Assembly (NCBI GenBank): GCA_965208215.1 | Contig: CBDBOH010000002.1 | Coordinates: 324,211-388,210 of the forward strand | Source of the DNA: Chloroflexota bacterium | GTDB lineage: Bacteria > Chloroflexota > UBA11872 | Length of the DNA stretch: 64,000 bases | Direction: 5' to 3' | In this document: positions 51,750 through 61,440 of the stretch, one piece after another | Layout: each line of letters begins with the position of its first letter | How positions within the stretch are numbered: the stretch's first letter is position 1 | Notes under the pieces: model-generated | Seen by the model: the letters and a program-made list of their open reading frames with translations, nothing else | The model's database searches: none | What the model was told of the DNA's origin: nothing | Program-made: the position numbers and the translations under genes

Positions 51750-52790
51750 GTGCTGAAGCAGCCCATGCGCGTGCTGGTAACCGGCGGGGCCGGCTTTATG
51801 GGAAGCCATGCCGTGGACCGCTTGCTCGAACTCGGCCACGAGGTCACGGCCGCCGACAGCCTGGTCGGCGGCTATGAAGCAAACGTCGATCCGGGCGCGG
51901 AGTTCGTGGAGTGCGACCTGGCCGACCGTGAGGCGGCGAGTGCGCTGATTGAATCTTCGGATCCCGAAGTCATCTTCCATTACGCGGCAGATGCGACCGA
52001 AGGACGGAGTCAGTTCACGCCGCTGAGTTCGTTGGACAACAATGTGGTCGCGTACTTCAACACGCTGGTTCCGGCCATCGCCCGTGGACTGTCCAAAGTG
52101 GTTCTGGTCAGTTCGATGAGCGTTTACGGCGCCCAGCAGCCGCCGTTTGTCGAGACCATGCCGCGCCTTCCCGAGGACGTGTATGCGGCAATGAAGGCCT
52201 CCATGGAGGCCTCGACGGAGCATCTGTCAGCTGTGCACGGGTTTGACTATGCAGTTTTCCGGCCGCACAACGTCTACGGCGAGCGGCAAAACCTGGCAGA
52301 CCCGTATCGAAACGTGGTGGCCATCTTCATCAACGCTCTGCTGCGTGGCCGGGGCGTACACATCTACGGAGACGGCGAGCAGCGGCGGGCATACTCGTAT
52401 ATCGGTGACGTCAACCCGGCGATCGTGGACGGCGGCTTGAGCGACCGGTCGAACAGCCGGATTTTCAACGTCGGGTCCTCGGAGGATGTCTCGATAAACC
52501 AGCTAGCCGACGTCGTGCGCGAGGTGTTCTTTGACGGTGGGTCCTGGCCGGCAGGGCAGGAGCCGACTTCGATGCCGGCACGCCCGCTGGAAGTGAAGAA
52601 CGCGTACTGCTCGCACGAGGCGGCCGAGAAGATGTTGGGATTCGAGAATACGACGTCGCTGCGCGACGGGGTTGCGTCAATGGTGCGGTGGGCGCGCAAG
52701 GTGGGGGCGCGTGAGCCCGCCTACTTGCCAGACAGCCTCGAAATTGGAACGGATCGCGCACCGGCCACCTGGCGCGAGCAGCTGATCTGA
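51750..52790 (+). CDS. NAD-dependent nucleotide-sugar epimerase/dehydratase
   Basis: TGGAGFMG, SSMSVYG, YAAMK, RPHNVYG, GDGEQRR; TAGAAT at 51684. Confidence 0.9.
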   Translation: MLKQPMRVLVTGGAGFMGSHAVDRLLELGHEVTAADSLVGGYEANVDPGAEFVECDLADREAASALIESSDPEVIFHYAADATEGRSQFTPLSSLDNNVVAYFNTLVPAIARGLSKVVLVSSMSVYGAQQPPFVETMPRLPEDVYAAMKASMEASTEHLSAVHGFDYAVFRPHNVYGERQNLADPYRNVVAIFINALLRGRGVHIYGDGEQRRAYSYIGDVNPAIVDGGLSDRSNSRIFNVGSSEDVSINQLADVVREVFFDGGSWPAGQEPTSMPARPLEVKNAYCSHEAAEKMLGFENTTSLRDGVASMVRWARKVGAREPAYLPDSLEIGTDRAPATWREQLI

Positions 52791-52874
52791 TCGACGGCGG
52801 CCCCGGAGATCTGAGCACCAAGATTCAGAACGGGTTCTTAAACTCCGTTCGCACCGCGCGGCGCTGAGCCGGAC

Positions 52875-54779
52875 ATGTGCGGCATAGCCGGAATTCTGCG
52901 CCTGGACGAGCGCCGGCCGGACGATCGGGGCGCGCTTCGAGCGATGCGCGAATCACTGATTCACCGGGGACCGGACGGCCATGGGTCGCTCATTCGGGGG
53001 CCCGTGCGCCTGACGATGCGCCGCCTCAGCATTATCGACCTGCAGGGCGGCGATCAGCCGATGGTCAACGAAACTGGGACAATTCACGTCGTCTTTAATG
53101 GCGAAATCTACAACTTTGCCGAGCTGCGCCAGACCCTGCGCCGGCACGGTCATCAGTTCCGTACGCGATCGGACACCGAAGCGATCGTGCATGCATATGA
53201 GCAATGGGGCGACGACTTTGTGGACCATCTCAACGGAATGTTCGCCATTGCACTCTGGGACGAGGAGCGTGAGCGCCTGGTACTGGCGCGCGACCGCGCC
53301 GGGATTAAACCGCTGTATTACGCACATGCCGACGGCGCCCTGGTCTTTGCTTCCGAACTCAAGGCCCTGCTGACGAGCGGACTGGTCGATCGGGACCTGG
53401 ACTTCAAGGCCTTTGGCCAATACCTGTCGCTGGAGTACATACCGGCGCCCCGAAGCATCGTACGTGGCGTTCGCAAGCTACGGCCCGGGCACCTGCTAGT
53501 CGCTTCGGACGGCGGATTTTGCGAGCGAGAGTATTGGGAGTTACGCCTCGCACACTCCGAAGTCGACCCCCTCCCGGGCGACGAAGAGGAACAGGTCGGC
53601 GCATTTCGCGACGTGCTGCGGCACTCGGTGGCTCAGGAAATGGTCAGCGATGTGCCGGTGGGTGTTCTGCTGAGCGGCGGAATCGACTCAAGCAGCGTGG
53701 CGGCGCTGATGACGGAGGCTGCAAACGAACCGGTGAAATCCTTCTCGGTGTCGTTCGCCGAGCGTTCCTTTGACGAGAGCGCCTTCGCGAGGCGGGTCGC
53801 CAGGCATCTGGGCACCGTGCACCACGAAATGCTTGTGACCGCGAGCGACCTGCAAGCCGTGTTGCCGACGATCATGACCAAAGTCGATGAGCCGTTCGCC
53901 GACCCGTCGATCGTGCCGACCTACCTCATCAGCCGGTTTGCCCGTGAGCGCGTGAAAGTTGCCCTGGGCGGCGATGGTGGCGACGAAGTGCTCGCCGGTT
54001 ATTCCACGTTGCAGGCGCACCGCCTGGCCCCAATCTATCGGGCTGTCCCACGGGTCCTGCGGCGGGGGCTCATCGAACCAGCGATTGCGCGACTTCCCGC
54101 TTCCTCGCGCTACCTTGCGTTTGACTTTCTGGCGCGGCGATTTATTCAAGGCGCGGACGCTCCGCCTTGGTATCGACATCAAATGTGGACTGGCGCCCTC
54201 TATGGCCAGACGAAGTCGTCGGTACTGAACCTTGACCTGCGAGAGTCCATCGATGAGCGTGGCTTTGAGGCCATGCTGGCCGACACCGCGGCGGCCAGCG
54301 GCACGACGCATCCACTGAACCGAATCCTCTTCCAGGACTTCAAGCTCTACCTTGAAGGCGACATCCTCACGAAGACCGACCGAGCCAGCATGGCGACATC
54401 GCTGGAAACGCGGGTGCCATTCCTAAACCTGAATGTTCTCTCGCACCTCGAACGAGTCCCTGTGGGGCTGAAACTGCGGGGCCTGACGCGTAAGTACTTG
54501 CTGCGCAAGGCGGTTGGAGACTTACTTCCGCGTGGGATAGTAACCAGGCGGAAGCGTGGCTTTAGTATCCCGGTGGCGGCATGGATCAATAGTGACTTGC
54601 GAGGCCTTGTTCGCGAATACCTGAACGAAGCTCGACTGCGACGCGAGGGTATCTTCAACGCTCCGGCTGTCACGGCGCTGGTGGACGAACACACACGGCG
54701 GAGGCGCAACAACGCCAAGATGATTTGGACCATTCTGATGTTCCAGGTTTGGCGCGAGCGTTGGCTCGATACGGCATGA
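52875..54779 (+). CDS. asnB: AsnB-family glutamine amidotransferase (probably glycan amidation)
   Basis: MCGIAG, HRGPD, RRLSIID, NGEIYN, LSGGIDSS, GDGGDE, LETRVPFL. Confidence 0.88.
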   Translation: MCGIAGILRLDERRPDDRGALRAMRESLIHRGPDGHGSLIRGPVRLTMRRLSIIDLQGGDQPMVNETGTIHVVFNGEIYNFAELRQTLRRHGHQFRTRSDTEAIVHAYEQWGDDFVDHLNGMFAIALWDEERERLVLARDRAGIKPLYYAHADGALVFASELKALLTSGLVDRDLDFKAFGQYLSLEYIPAPRSIVRGVRKLRPGHLLVASDGGFCEREYWELRLAHSEVDPLPGDEEEQVGAFRDVLRHSVAQEMVSDVPVGVLLSGGIDSSSVAALMTEAANEPVKSFSVSFAERSFDESAFARRVARHLGTVHHEMLVTASDLQAVLPTIMTKVDEPFADPSIVPTYLISRFARERVKVALGGDGGDEVLAGYSTLQAHRLAPIYRAVPRVLRRGLIEPAIARLPASSRYLAFDFLARRFIQGADAPPWYRHQMWTGALYGQTKSSVLNLDLRESIDERGFEAMLADTAAASGTTHPLNRILFQDFKLYLEGDILTKTDRASMATSLETRVPFLNLNVLSHLERVPVGLKLRGLTRKYLLRKAVGDLLPRGIVTRRKRGFSIPVAAWINSDLRGLVREYLNEARLRREGIFNAPAVTALVDEHTRRRRNNAKMIWTILMFQVWRERWLDTA

Positions 54780-55544
54780 GCGCAACGCTGGGAGGTCCAG
54801 AGTCCGGAGCAGATTCCGACGTGCCCGCCGCGCCATCCGGGTTGGACACGACGATTCGGGAGCTCAGGCATGCTTGCGGCTACCACGCGTGGATGTATAG
54901 CCAAGTGGAGGACTTCATCGGCTCGAGCGTTCTCGAAGTCGGAGCTGGCAGCGGCAACCTCACGCAGTCCCTCGTCAATCAGGCCAACGTGACGGCCCTC
55001 GATGAGTCACGGGCGGCTCTTGACGTGGCGTCACGGCGAGTCGGGGACGCGAGTCTGGACACCCTCGTTGCCGAGTCTGCGGATCCAAGGGACGTAGCGC
55101 TCATGGCACGACGGGGATTCGACACGGTTTTGACTTCGAATGTTCTTAAGCTATTGAGGACGATGTGGTGGCCGTCGCGAATATGCACGCAATCCTCAGG
55201 CCACGTGGTGGCCATGCACTGCTCATCGTGCCTGCGAACGCTTGGCTCTCTGGCTCGCTGGCCAGGGCGGGGGGCATGATCGGCGGTACTCGCGCACGGA
55301 ACTGGCATCGCTCGTGCAGGATGCGGGCTTTGCGATCCGACGTGCTCGTTACGTGAATCTCGTGGGGGCGACTGCGTGGTACGTCAAGGGGTACATTCTG
55401 CGCATTCGCGATCTCAATGCAGAATTGGTGAATGTCCAGGCTCTACTTTTCGATGGGATCGCCGTACCGGCGCTTCGAAGGCTTGAATCGATGTTCCCCG
55501 CACCGTTCGGACAGTCGCTGGTCATCATCGATCAGGCCGCCTGA
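54776..55544 (+). pseudogene. Class I SAM-dependent methyltransferase broken by two frameshifts
   Basis: VLEVGAGSG and NVL in frame 1, IEDD...LRPRGG...VPA in frame 2, GH.RRY...PFGQSL in frame 3. Confidence 0.8.
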
Positions 55545-55583
55545 TGGTTCGGGCGTTATTCGGCCCGTCCAAGTTGAGCAACC

Positions 55584-56447
55584 GTGATTGAAGGCGTATC
55601 CCTGGTAATCCCGGCATACAACGAGGAGGGCGCTGTCGCCAGCGTCGTGCGAGCTTTTCGCGTGGCGCTGGAAGGGGCGGGCGCGCCACATGAAATCCTG
55701 GTCGTCGATGACGGGTCCACCGATTCGACCGCGCAGGAGGCTCGCGCGACGAATGCCGAGGTCGTGCATTCGCCGCAGAACCTCGGGTACGGACTGGCGC
55801 TCCGTCGGGGCATTCTGGCAGCCAGGCACCCCTACGTGATGATCTGCGACGCCGATGGCACGTATCCGCCTTCTGCCGTTGCAGAGCTTGTTGCCATGGC
55901 CGAGCATTTCGACATGGTCGTGGCGGCCCGCACCGGTCGACACTTTCGAGGCCGGGGGGCGAGAGCGGTTGCACGCGTGGGACTGCGTTTGTTCGCGAGT
56001 TTTGTCGTTGGTCGGCGGATCCCTGACGTGAATTCCGGATTTCGGGTTTTTCGGAAAGCAGACTGTCTGCGCTACTTCAGCATTCTGAGCCCTGGGTTCA
56101 GCTTCACGACTGGCCTGACGTTGGCCATGATCAGTGATGCTCGGGCGGTTGCCTTCGTTTCGGTTGACTACGGTGCGCGGGTGGGCCGTTCCAAAGTCAG
56201 ACTGGTGCGCGACACGCTGCGCATGGTCCAAGTTCTGGTACAGGCGATGGTCAGGCACAACCCGATCAAGCTCTTTGCCGTCATCACCGCGTCTGTCTGG
56301 TTGCTGGCCCTGATTGCGTCAGTCGTGTGGATCGTTCTAGGGAATGCGGCGATTGGACTGGTGGCTGCAGCCACGTTTCTGACTGGGATCCAAGCGTTTA
56401 GCGTGGGTCTGTTGGCTGAAGCGGTACGGGCGCGTCGTGACGCATAG
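55584..56447 (+). CDS. Glycosyltransferase family 2 (polyprenol-phosphate glycosyltransferase-like)
   Basis: IPAYNEE, VDDGSTD, NLGYG, DADG, D.NSGFR, R.G.SK, two C-terminal TM helices. Confidence 0.9.
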   Translation: MIEGVSLVIPAYNEEGAVASVVRAFRVALEGAGAPHEILVVDDGSTDSTAQEARATNAEVVHSPQNLGYGLALRRGILAARHPYVMICDADGTYPPSAVAELVAMAEHFDMVVAARTGRHFRGRGARAVARVGLRLFASFVVGRRIPDVNSGFRVFRKADCLRYFSILSPGFSFTTGLTLAMISDARAVAFVSVDYGARVGRSKVRLVRDTLRMVQVLVQAMVRHNPIKLFAVITASVWLLALIASVVWIVLGNAAIGLVAAATFLTGIQAFSVGLLAEAVRARRDA

Positions 56448-56462
56448 CCGGCGAGAGTTTAG

Positions 56463-57299
56463 CTATGCGAGCGGCACCCAGAGCTTCGCGATCGGTGCCT
56501 CGGCACCTGCGACGATCGCCATGGCCAGCGCCGTGAGAATGACTGCGAGCGCTGACGCAACGTAACGTCGATGGCGCAGGGTGAGAATCTGCGCCGCCGC
56601 CACAGCGGTGCCGACAAGTAGTGCAGCGCCGAACCCGAGAGTAATGACGATCAACAACGCAACCACCCAATCCGAAGGTCCCGCGGACTCTCGCGCGGCG
56701 GCAACGGCCGGTGCTATGGCGGCTTCCGCCCAGGCCAGCGGCTTGGGGAGCGTTGGGCTGCGATAGAGAACCAGTCGCAGATCCTGTCCCGCAACTTCCA
56801 GTCGATCGAGTTCCAAAAGATTGCCGTCCGCGTACAGATCTCGAGGAAAATACTCGAAGTAGAGATTCGCACGGGGAGAGCTCAGGACGGACTCGAGACG
56901 AATGTAAAGTCTATCCCCTTTCGATATTTGGTCTGGGGGAAAGACTAGTCGAGCTTGCCAATGGTCGCCGGATCTATCGAAGACAACCACGCCTGAGAAG
57001 AGCGATTCCTGGGACTCAGTATCTCGTATTATCTCGAATTTAACACGAGCATATTCGCCGTCGCCCAGGTCAGTATTCGCCCATACGTCGATTCGAGATA
57101 GCCTGCTGGATGGTGCGACGAAGGTCTGACCCTTGACGCCGCTCAAGGCCTTGGTATGGAGCGTCGAGTATTCGCGAGAAAACTGCAGAATAGGTATGTG
57201 TACGGGCTGAGCAACTAGGGTTACAATCCAGATGGAGGACAGAATAAGAATCACAATAAGAGTGGTGTAGACGAGCCTAAGGGAGTGTCGCTTGTGCAT
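56463..57299 (-). CDS. Membrane-anchored protein with an extracellular beta-rich domain
   Basis: N-terminal TM helix, GQTFVAP...DLYADG...DLRL, two C-terminal TM helices; starts 1 bp after the GT-C stop. Confidence 0.7.
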   Translation of the reverse strand: MHKRHSLRLVYTTLIVILILSSIWIVTLVAQPVHIPILQFSREYSTLHTKALSGVKGQTFVAPSSRLSRIDVWANTDLGDGEYARVKFEIIRDTESQESLFSGVVVFDRSGDHWQARLVFPPDQISKGDRLYIRLESVLSSPRANLYFEYFPRDLYADGNLLELDRLEVAGQDLRLVLYRSPTLPKPLAWAEAAIAPAVAAARESAGPSDWVVALLIVITLGFGAALLVGTAVAAAQILTLRHRRYVASALAVILTALAMAIVAGAEAPIAKLWVPLA

Positions 57300-57300
57300 C

Positions 57301-58530
57301 CTATACTGGCCTTAGGCTAGTGACATCTGGTAGAACGATGTGGAAGAAATATGCGCCGTTAGAGGCGAGCATAACGGGTACCACTAGAACTGCGAGGGCG
57401 GCAGTGAATCCTCGCCATCGGGTGTATGCGGCTAGGCCATACACCAAGAGTATTACTGCGGGAAGAAGCGTGGGAAAGACATAGCGTCCGCTCAAGGCGA
57501 CGTCAACGCTATAGCTGGTCCAAAAGCTGACGAACCACAAAGCGATGTGTATTCCGGCACAGGTGATCAGAATAGGTGATTTTGGACGCAGTTCTCGTGC
57601 GCGCGCTGCGCGAATTGCGCGCACCAGCAGTCCGGTGATGGCAACTACGGATACAATGCTGACGGCAATGTATGCTGCGCTTGGGAGCTTCAGCTTTTCG
57701 AGCCCATAACCGGCCCAGAACGTGGCGAAATTCTCGCCAATCCAGTTTGTTTCCTGAATGAATTCAACGAGATTCAGGCCTCGCGTTCGCGGTGCTTTAG
57801 GTGCGCCTCCACTGGCGTCGATGGCGGCTTGGGTGACAGCGACCCCAATCGGGTCCCCGTATACGATGATATTTCTGATGTACCACCAGGATGCGAAAGC
57901 AGCACTACTGAGCGAAAGTGTGATCCCAATCTCGAGAATGCGACGTGGTCGGTTGATAAAGTGCCACAGGACAACGAATGCCGTGGCGGGAAACATGAGA
58001 AAGCCCGTGTATTTGTGGAGTGCAATCAAGCCGAGAGTTGCACCCAGAAACAGAGTGTCGGCGGTACGGAATCCGGATTGGTAGGCTCTGACGAGGGCAT
58101 ACATTGAACATGTGCTTGCCGCGATTGCGGGAGCATCGTTCGTGTAATAGGTGTGGACAAGAGTAAACATGGGGATGGCCGCCATGATCGATACGCCGAG
58201 GACCGGAGCGGTTCGTATCGATGCAAATAGGCGACGCAGTGTGAGATAGGAAAACCAGAGAGTGACGGGATAGATGGCGACCATAAATAAACGCGCAATG
58301 TGAATATTGAACTCATAGTCGGCGGAACCGATAGTAGCGATGACCATGGCTATTGGAATGGCAGTGAAATTTGGAATAATCTCACGTGCGACTTGCGCAC
58401 GCACTGGACCGCCGGCAAATTTCTGTTGAGCATAACCTTCGAAGACTGGCAGGGAGCGATTTGCGACTATGGATTCGACAACTCTGAAATAGCCAGTCTC
58501 GTCGGGTCCGCCGGCACCGGGTTCACGCAC
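57301..58530 (-). CDS. GT-C glycosyltransferase (ArnT/DUF2142-like); true start lies upstream
   Basis: GPDETGY motif, TND, K.TG, WWYIRN...YGDP, FWA.YG, GRYVFP; visibly AT-richer than the core genes. Confidence 0.78.
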   Translation of the reverse strand: MREPGAGGPDETGYFRVVESIVANRSLPVFEGYAQQKFAGGPVRAQVAREIIPNFTAIPIAMVIATIGSADYEFNIHIARLFMVAIYPVTLWFSYLTLRRLFASIRTAPVLGVSIMAAIPMFTLVHTYYTNDAPAIAASTCSMYALVRAYQSGFRTADTLFLGATLGLIALHKYTGFLMFPATAFVVLWHFINRPRRILEIGITLSLSSAAFASWWYIRNIIVYGDPIGVAVTQAAIDASGGAPKAPRTRGLNLVEFIQETNWIGENFATFWAGYGLEKLKLPSAAYIAVSIVSVVAITGLLVRAIRAARARELRPKSPILITCAGIHIALWFVSFWTSYSVDVALSGRYVFPTLLPAVILLVYGLAAYTRWRGFTAALAVLVVPVMLASNGAYFFHIVLPDVTSLRPV

Positions 58531-58723
58531 GAGAGACCAAAGCAGGGCATGCAGTGTTGCGAGAGAGACAATTGCTATGACAAGTCTAAGTTGCGTGGAG
58601 ACGCTAATGTCAGACGGCGGCTGGTCATTGGAGCCGAAGCGTGCGTAAGTTGCTGCTTCGCCGGAGGCCAGGGGTGGCTGTACTAGCGTGGTGGAGACGG
58701 AGAGCAGCAGTTGTCCGGACGGG

Positions 58724-59500
58724 TCATGCGGCTAGCCAGCCGCCGTCGACTGGGACGACGACACCGGTGAGATACGCAGAGGCCGCGGATGCAAGGAAGA
58801 CGGCCGTGCCGACCATGTCTTCGGGCTCGCCGTGGCGGCCCTGCGGGATTCGGCCCATGAGCCAGTTGCGCGTTACCGGGTCTTCAAAACGGGGGCGCGT
58901 CAATTCGGTGAAGACGTAGCCGGGGGCAATGGCGTTGATAGTAATGCCGCTTTGGGCGAATTCGACGGCCAATGCCTTGGTGAGCTGCGCGACTCCGCCC
59001 TTCGTTGCACCGTAGACGGAGACCTGGGCAAAGCCGAGGAACGAGGTGAGTGAGGCCGTGTTGATGATCCGTCCGTAGCCGCGCGGCTCCATCAGCCGGA
59101 TGCCGTGTTGGCAGGCGAAAAACAGGCTACGCAGGTTGAGGTCGGCAACCTGATCCCAGTCGCAGCGCGTGATTTCCAGCAGTGGCTTGCGAAAGCCGGT
59201 GCCGGCGTTGTTGAACAGGATGTCGAGCTGGCCGAACTCGGCTTCCACCGACCCGAACACGCCGGCCAGCGCGTCCAGGTCGGCCAGGTCGGCTGGCAGG
59301 GCGACAGCGCGGCGTCCGAGCGCCCGGATTTCCTCGCAGGCGCCGTTGAGCTGACTCGAAGATCGGGCCGAAACGGCCACGTCGGCCCCCGCAGCTGCCA
59401 GGCCGATCGCAATCGCGCGCCCGATGCCTCGTCCGGCACCGGTCACCAGGGCCACCCGGCCGGTCAGGTCGAAGGGACTCGTCGTGGATGCGTCCGGCAT
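58724..59500 (-). CDS. Short-chain dehydrogenase (KduD / gluconate 5-dehydrogenase-like)
   Basis: TGAGRGIG, NNAG, YGATK, NAIAPGY, VDGGWLA. Confidence 0.9.
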   Translation of the reverse strand: MPDASTTSPFDLTGRVALVTGAGRGIGRAIAIGLAAAGADVAVSARSSSQLNGACEEIRALGRRAVALPADLADLDALAGVFGSVEAEFGQLDILFNNAGTGFRKPLLEITRCDWDQVADLNLRSLFFACQHGIRLMEPRGYGRIINTASLTSFLGFAQVSVYGATKGGVAQLTKALAVEFAQSGITINAIAPGYVFTELTRPRFEDPVTRNWLMGRIPQGRHGEPEDMVGTAVFLASAASAYLTGVVVPVDGGWLAA

Positions 59501-59682
59501 TGCGGTGTCTCCCACAGGCTTCCCGCTGACAATATCAGGCAGAATGACGGCGGATACGTGCGACGCTGGCAGCGCGGCTGGCAGGCTCACTGGGCGCGCG
59601 GGCTCCGGGGAAGCTCGCCGCACACGTGCACGTCGCGCACAATGGGTGTAGCTCCCGCGTACCCACCCCTTGAGTTACCCGC

Positions 59683-60153
59683 ATGTCCCTGCTAGCTCCT
59701 GGAGACAAGGCTCCCGACTTTACGCTGACCGCCACAGACGGTTCGAAGGTCACCCTCTCAGACCTTCGCGGCCGCCGGATCCTCCTGTATTTTTATCCAC
59801 GAGACGATACCCCGGGCTGCACGATTGAGGCTTGCGGATTTCGCGACAGTCTGGACGAACTGACGGCTCGCGGCGTTGATGTCTACGGGATCAACGACGA
59901 CGACGTGGGATCGCACCAGCGATTCGCTACGAAGTACGACCTGAACTTTCCGCTCTTAGCGGATACGGATCACGGGGTGATTGAGGCCTACGGCGCCTGG
60001 GTGCAGAAGGAGATTCGCGGCCGCAGTGTCATGTGCGCTGATCGGGTGACCTATCTCGTCAATGCCGACGGCGACGTGGAACATGTGTGGCCCGCGGTTG
60101 ATCCAAACGTCCACGCGGACGAAATCGTCGCCCGGCTGGACGCCAGCATCTAG
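59683..60153 (+). CDS. bcp: Peroxiredoxin BCP/PrxQ
   Basis: GDKAPDF, YFYPRDDTPGCTIEAC, FPLLAD. Confidence 0.92.
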   Translation: MSLLAPGDKAPDFTLTATDGSKVTLSDLRGRRILLYFYPRDDTPGCTIEACGFRDSLDELTARGVDVYGINDDDVGSHQRFATKYDLNFPLLADTDHGVIEAYGAWVQKEIRGRSVMCADRVTYLVNADGDVEHVWPAVDPNVHADEIVARLDASI

Positions 60154-60251
60154 ATCCTATTGATCTGACGCCGGGCTCGTCCCTCCCCGCAGCGAACAGG
60201 GTACGATCAGCGCGTGCTGGCTCAGGCTGAGCCACGACTCGCTGGCCTCCA

Positions 60252-60327
60252 GCCCACATAGCTCAGTCGGTAGAGCGCGTTCTTGGTAAGAACGAGGTCT
60301 CCGGTTCAAATCCGGATGTGGGCTCCA
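60252..60327 (+). tRNA. tRNA-Thr(GGT)
   Basis: GCCCACA/TGTGGGC acceptor stem, anticodon loop TTGGTAA, GTTCAAA T-loop, encoded CCA. Confidence 0.96.
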
Positions 60328-60459
60328 ACGCCAAGTTTCTCGAATTAAACCACCCCATAATTTTCTCGGTCGTCCGAGCACCGGCTGCCACAGCGCTCCA
60401 CCACACCATACTTGTGATACTTTTTTGGTGTGGAGTTGACGACCGAAAGCGCCCCATCC

Positions 60460-61440
60460 ATGGCCTCCAGACTCGCCACCGGCCGACGCAATCGCCCCCC
60501 TGCCCGTCCGCGACGCCGGGCGCCGCCCCGCCGCACCCCGGCGACGGCCTTCGGCGACGTGGCCACCCTGGCCGTCTCGTGGCGGCGGACGCTGGCCGCC
60601 GAGAACAAGTCGCCGGCGACGCTCGACACCTACCTGCGGACGGTGCGGCTGTTCGTTGAGTTCCTGGACCTGCAGGGCATGCCGCGGGACATCGAGGGGG
60701 TCCGGCGGGAGCACTGCGAGGCCTTTGTGCAGGACCAGCTCGATCGCCATTCGGCCTCGACGGCCAACACGCGCTACCGCGGCCTGCAGCGCTTCTTCGG
60801 CTGGGCCGAGGACGAAGGCGAGATCGACGTCTCGCCCATGCGGCGCATGCGACCCCCGAAGTTCGAGGAGCGCATCCCGGACGTCCTGGAGGCCGACGAC
60901 CTCCGGCGGCTCATGGACGCCTGCCGCGGCCGGACCTTTGAGGCGCGGCGCGATCTGGCGGTGCTGCTACTGCTGATCGACACCGGCATGCGCCGCGGCG
61001 AGGTGGCCGCCGTCCGCTACGACGACCTGGACCTCGACCAGGGCCTGCTGCGCGTGATGGGCAAAGGCGGTCGGGAGCGACTGGTGCCGTTGGGTCGCAA
61101 GCTGGTGCAGGCGCTGGACCGCTACCTGCGGGTGCGGCTACGGCACGAGCACGAGGGGGCGGCGGCGTTGTTCCTGGGTCGGGCCGGGCCGATCACCGCC
61201 AGCGGCGTGTACCAGATCGTGCGCAACCGCGCCCGGGCGGCCGGGATCCCCAACGTGCATCCGCACCAATTGCGCCACTCGTTCGCCCACGCCTGGCTGG
61301 TGGCCGGCGGGCAGGAAACCGACCTCATGCGGGTGGCCGGCTGGCGCAGTCGAGCCATGGTGGGGCGCTACGCGGCCAGCGCGGCCACCGCGCGGGCCCG
61401 CGAGGCCCACCGGCGATTGTCGCCGGGCGACCGGCTCTAG
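60460..61440 (+). CDS. Tyrosine recombinase / integrase
   Basis: SAM-like N-domain (SPATLDTY), [31 protein letters not shown]. Confidence 0.93.
   Translation: MASRLATGRRNRPPARPRRRAPPRRTPATAFGDVATLAVSWRRTLAAENKSPATLDTYLRTVRLFVEFLDLQGMPRDIEGVRREHCEAFVQDQLDRHSASTANTRYRGLQRFFGWAEDEGEIDVSPMRRMRPPKFEERIPDVLEADDLRRLMDACRGRTFEARRDLAVLLLLIDTGMRRGEVAAVRYDDLDLDQGLLRVMGKGGRERLVPLGRKLVQALDRYLRVRLRHEHEGAAALFLGRAGPITASGVYQIVRNRARAAGIPNVHPHQLRHSFAHAWLVAGGQETDLMRVAGWRSRAMVGRYAASAATARAREAHRRLSPGDRL

Noticed and set aside
47981-60327. The two tRNA-Thr genes as attL/attR of a single island
   Set aside because: Both are complete, different isoacceptors with different 3' halves, not a direct-repeat pair
60460-61440. 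Integron integrase or housekeeping XerC/XerD
   Set aside because: No IntI-specific insertion and no attC cassettes; the position beside a tRNA with foreign cargo fits an element integrase
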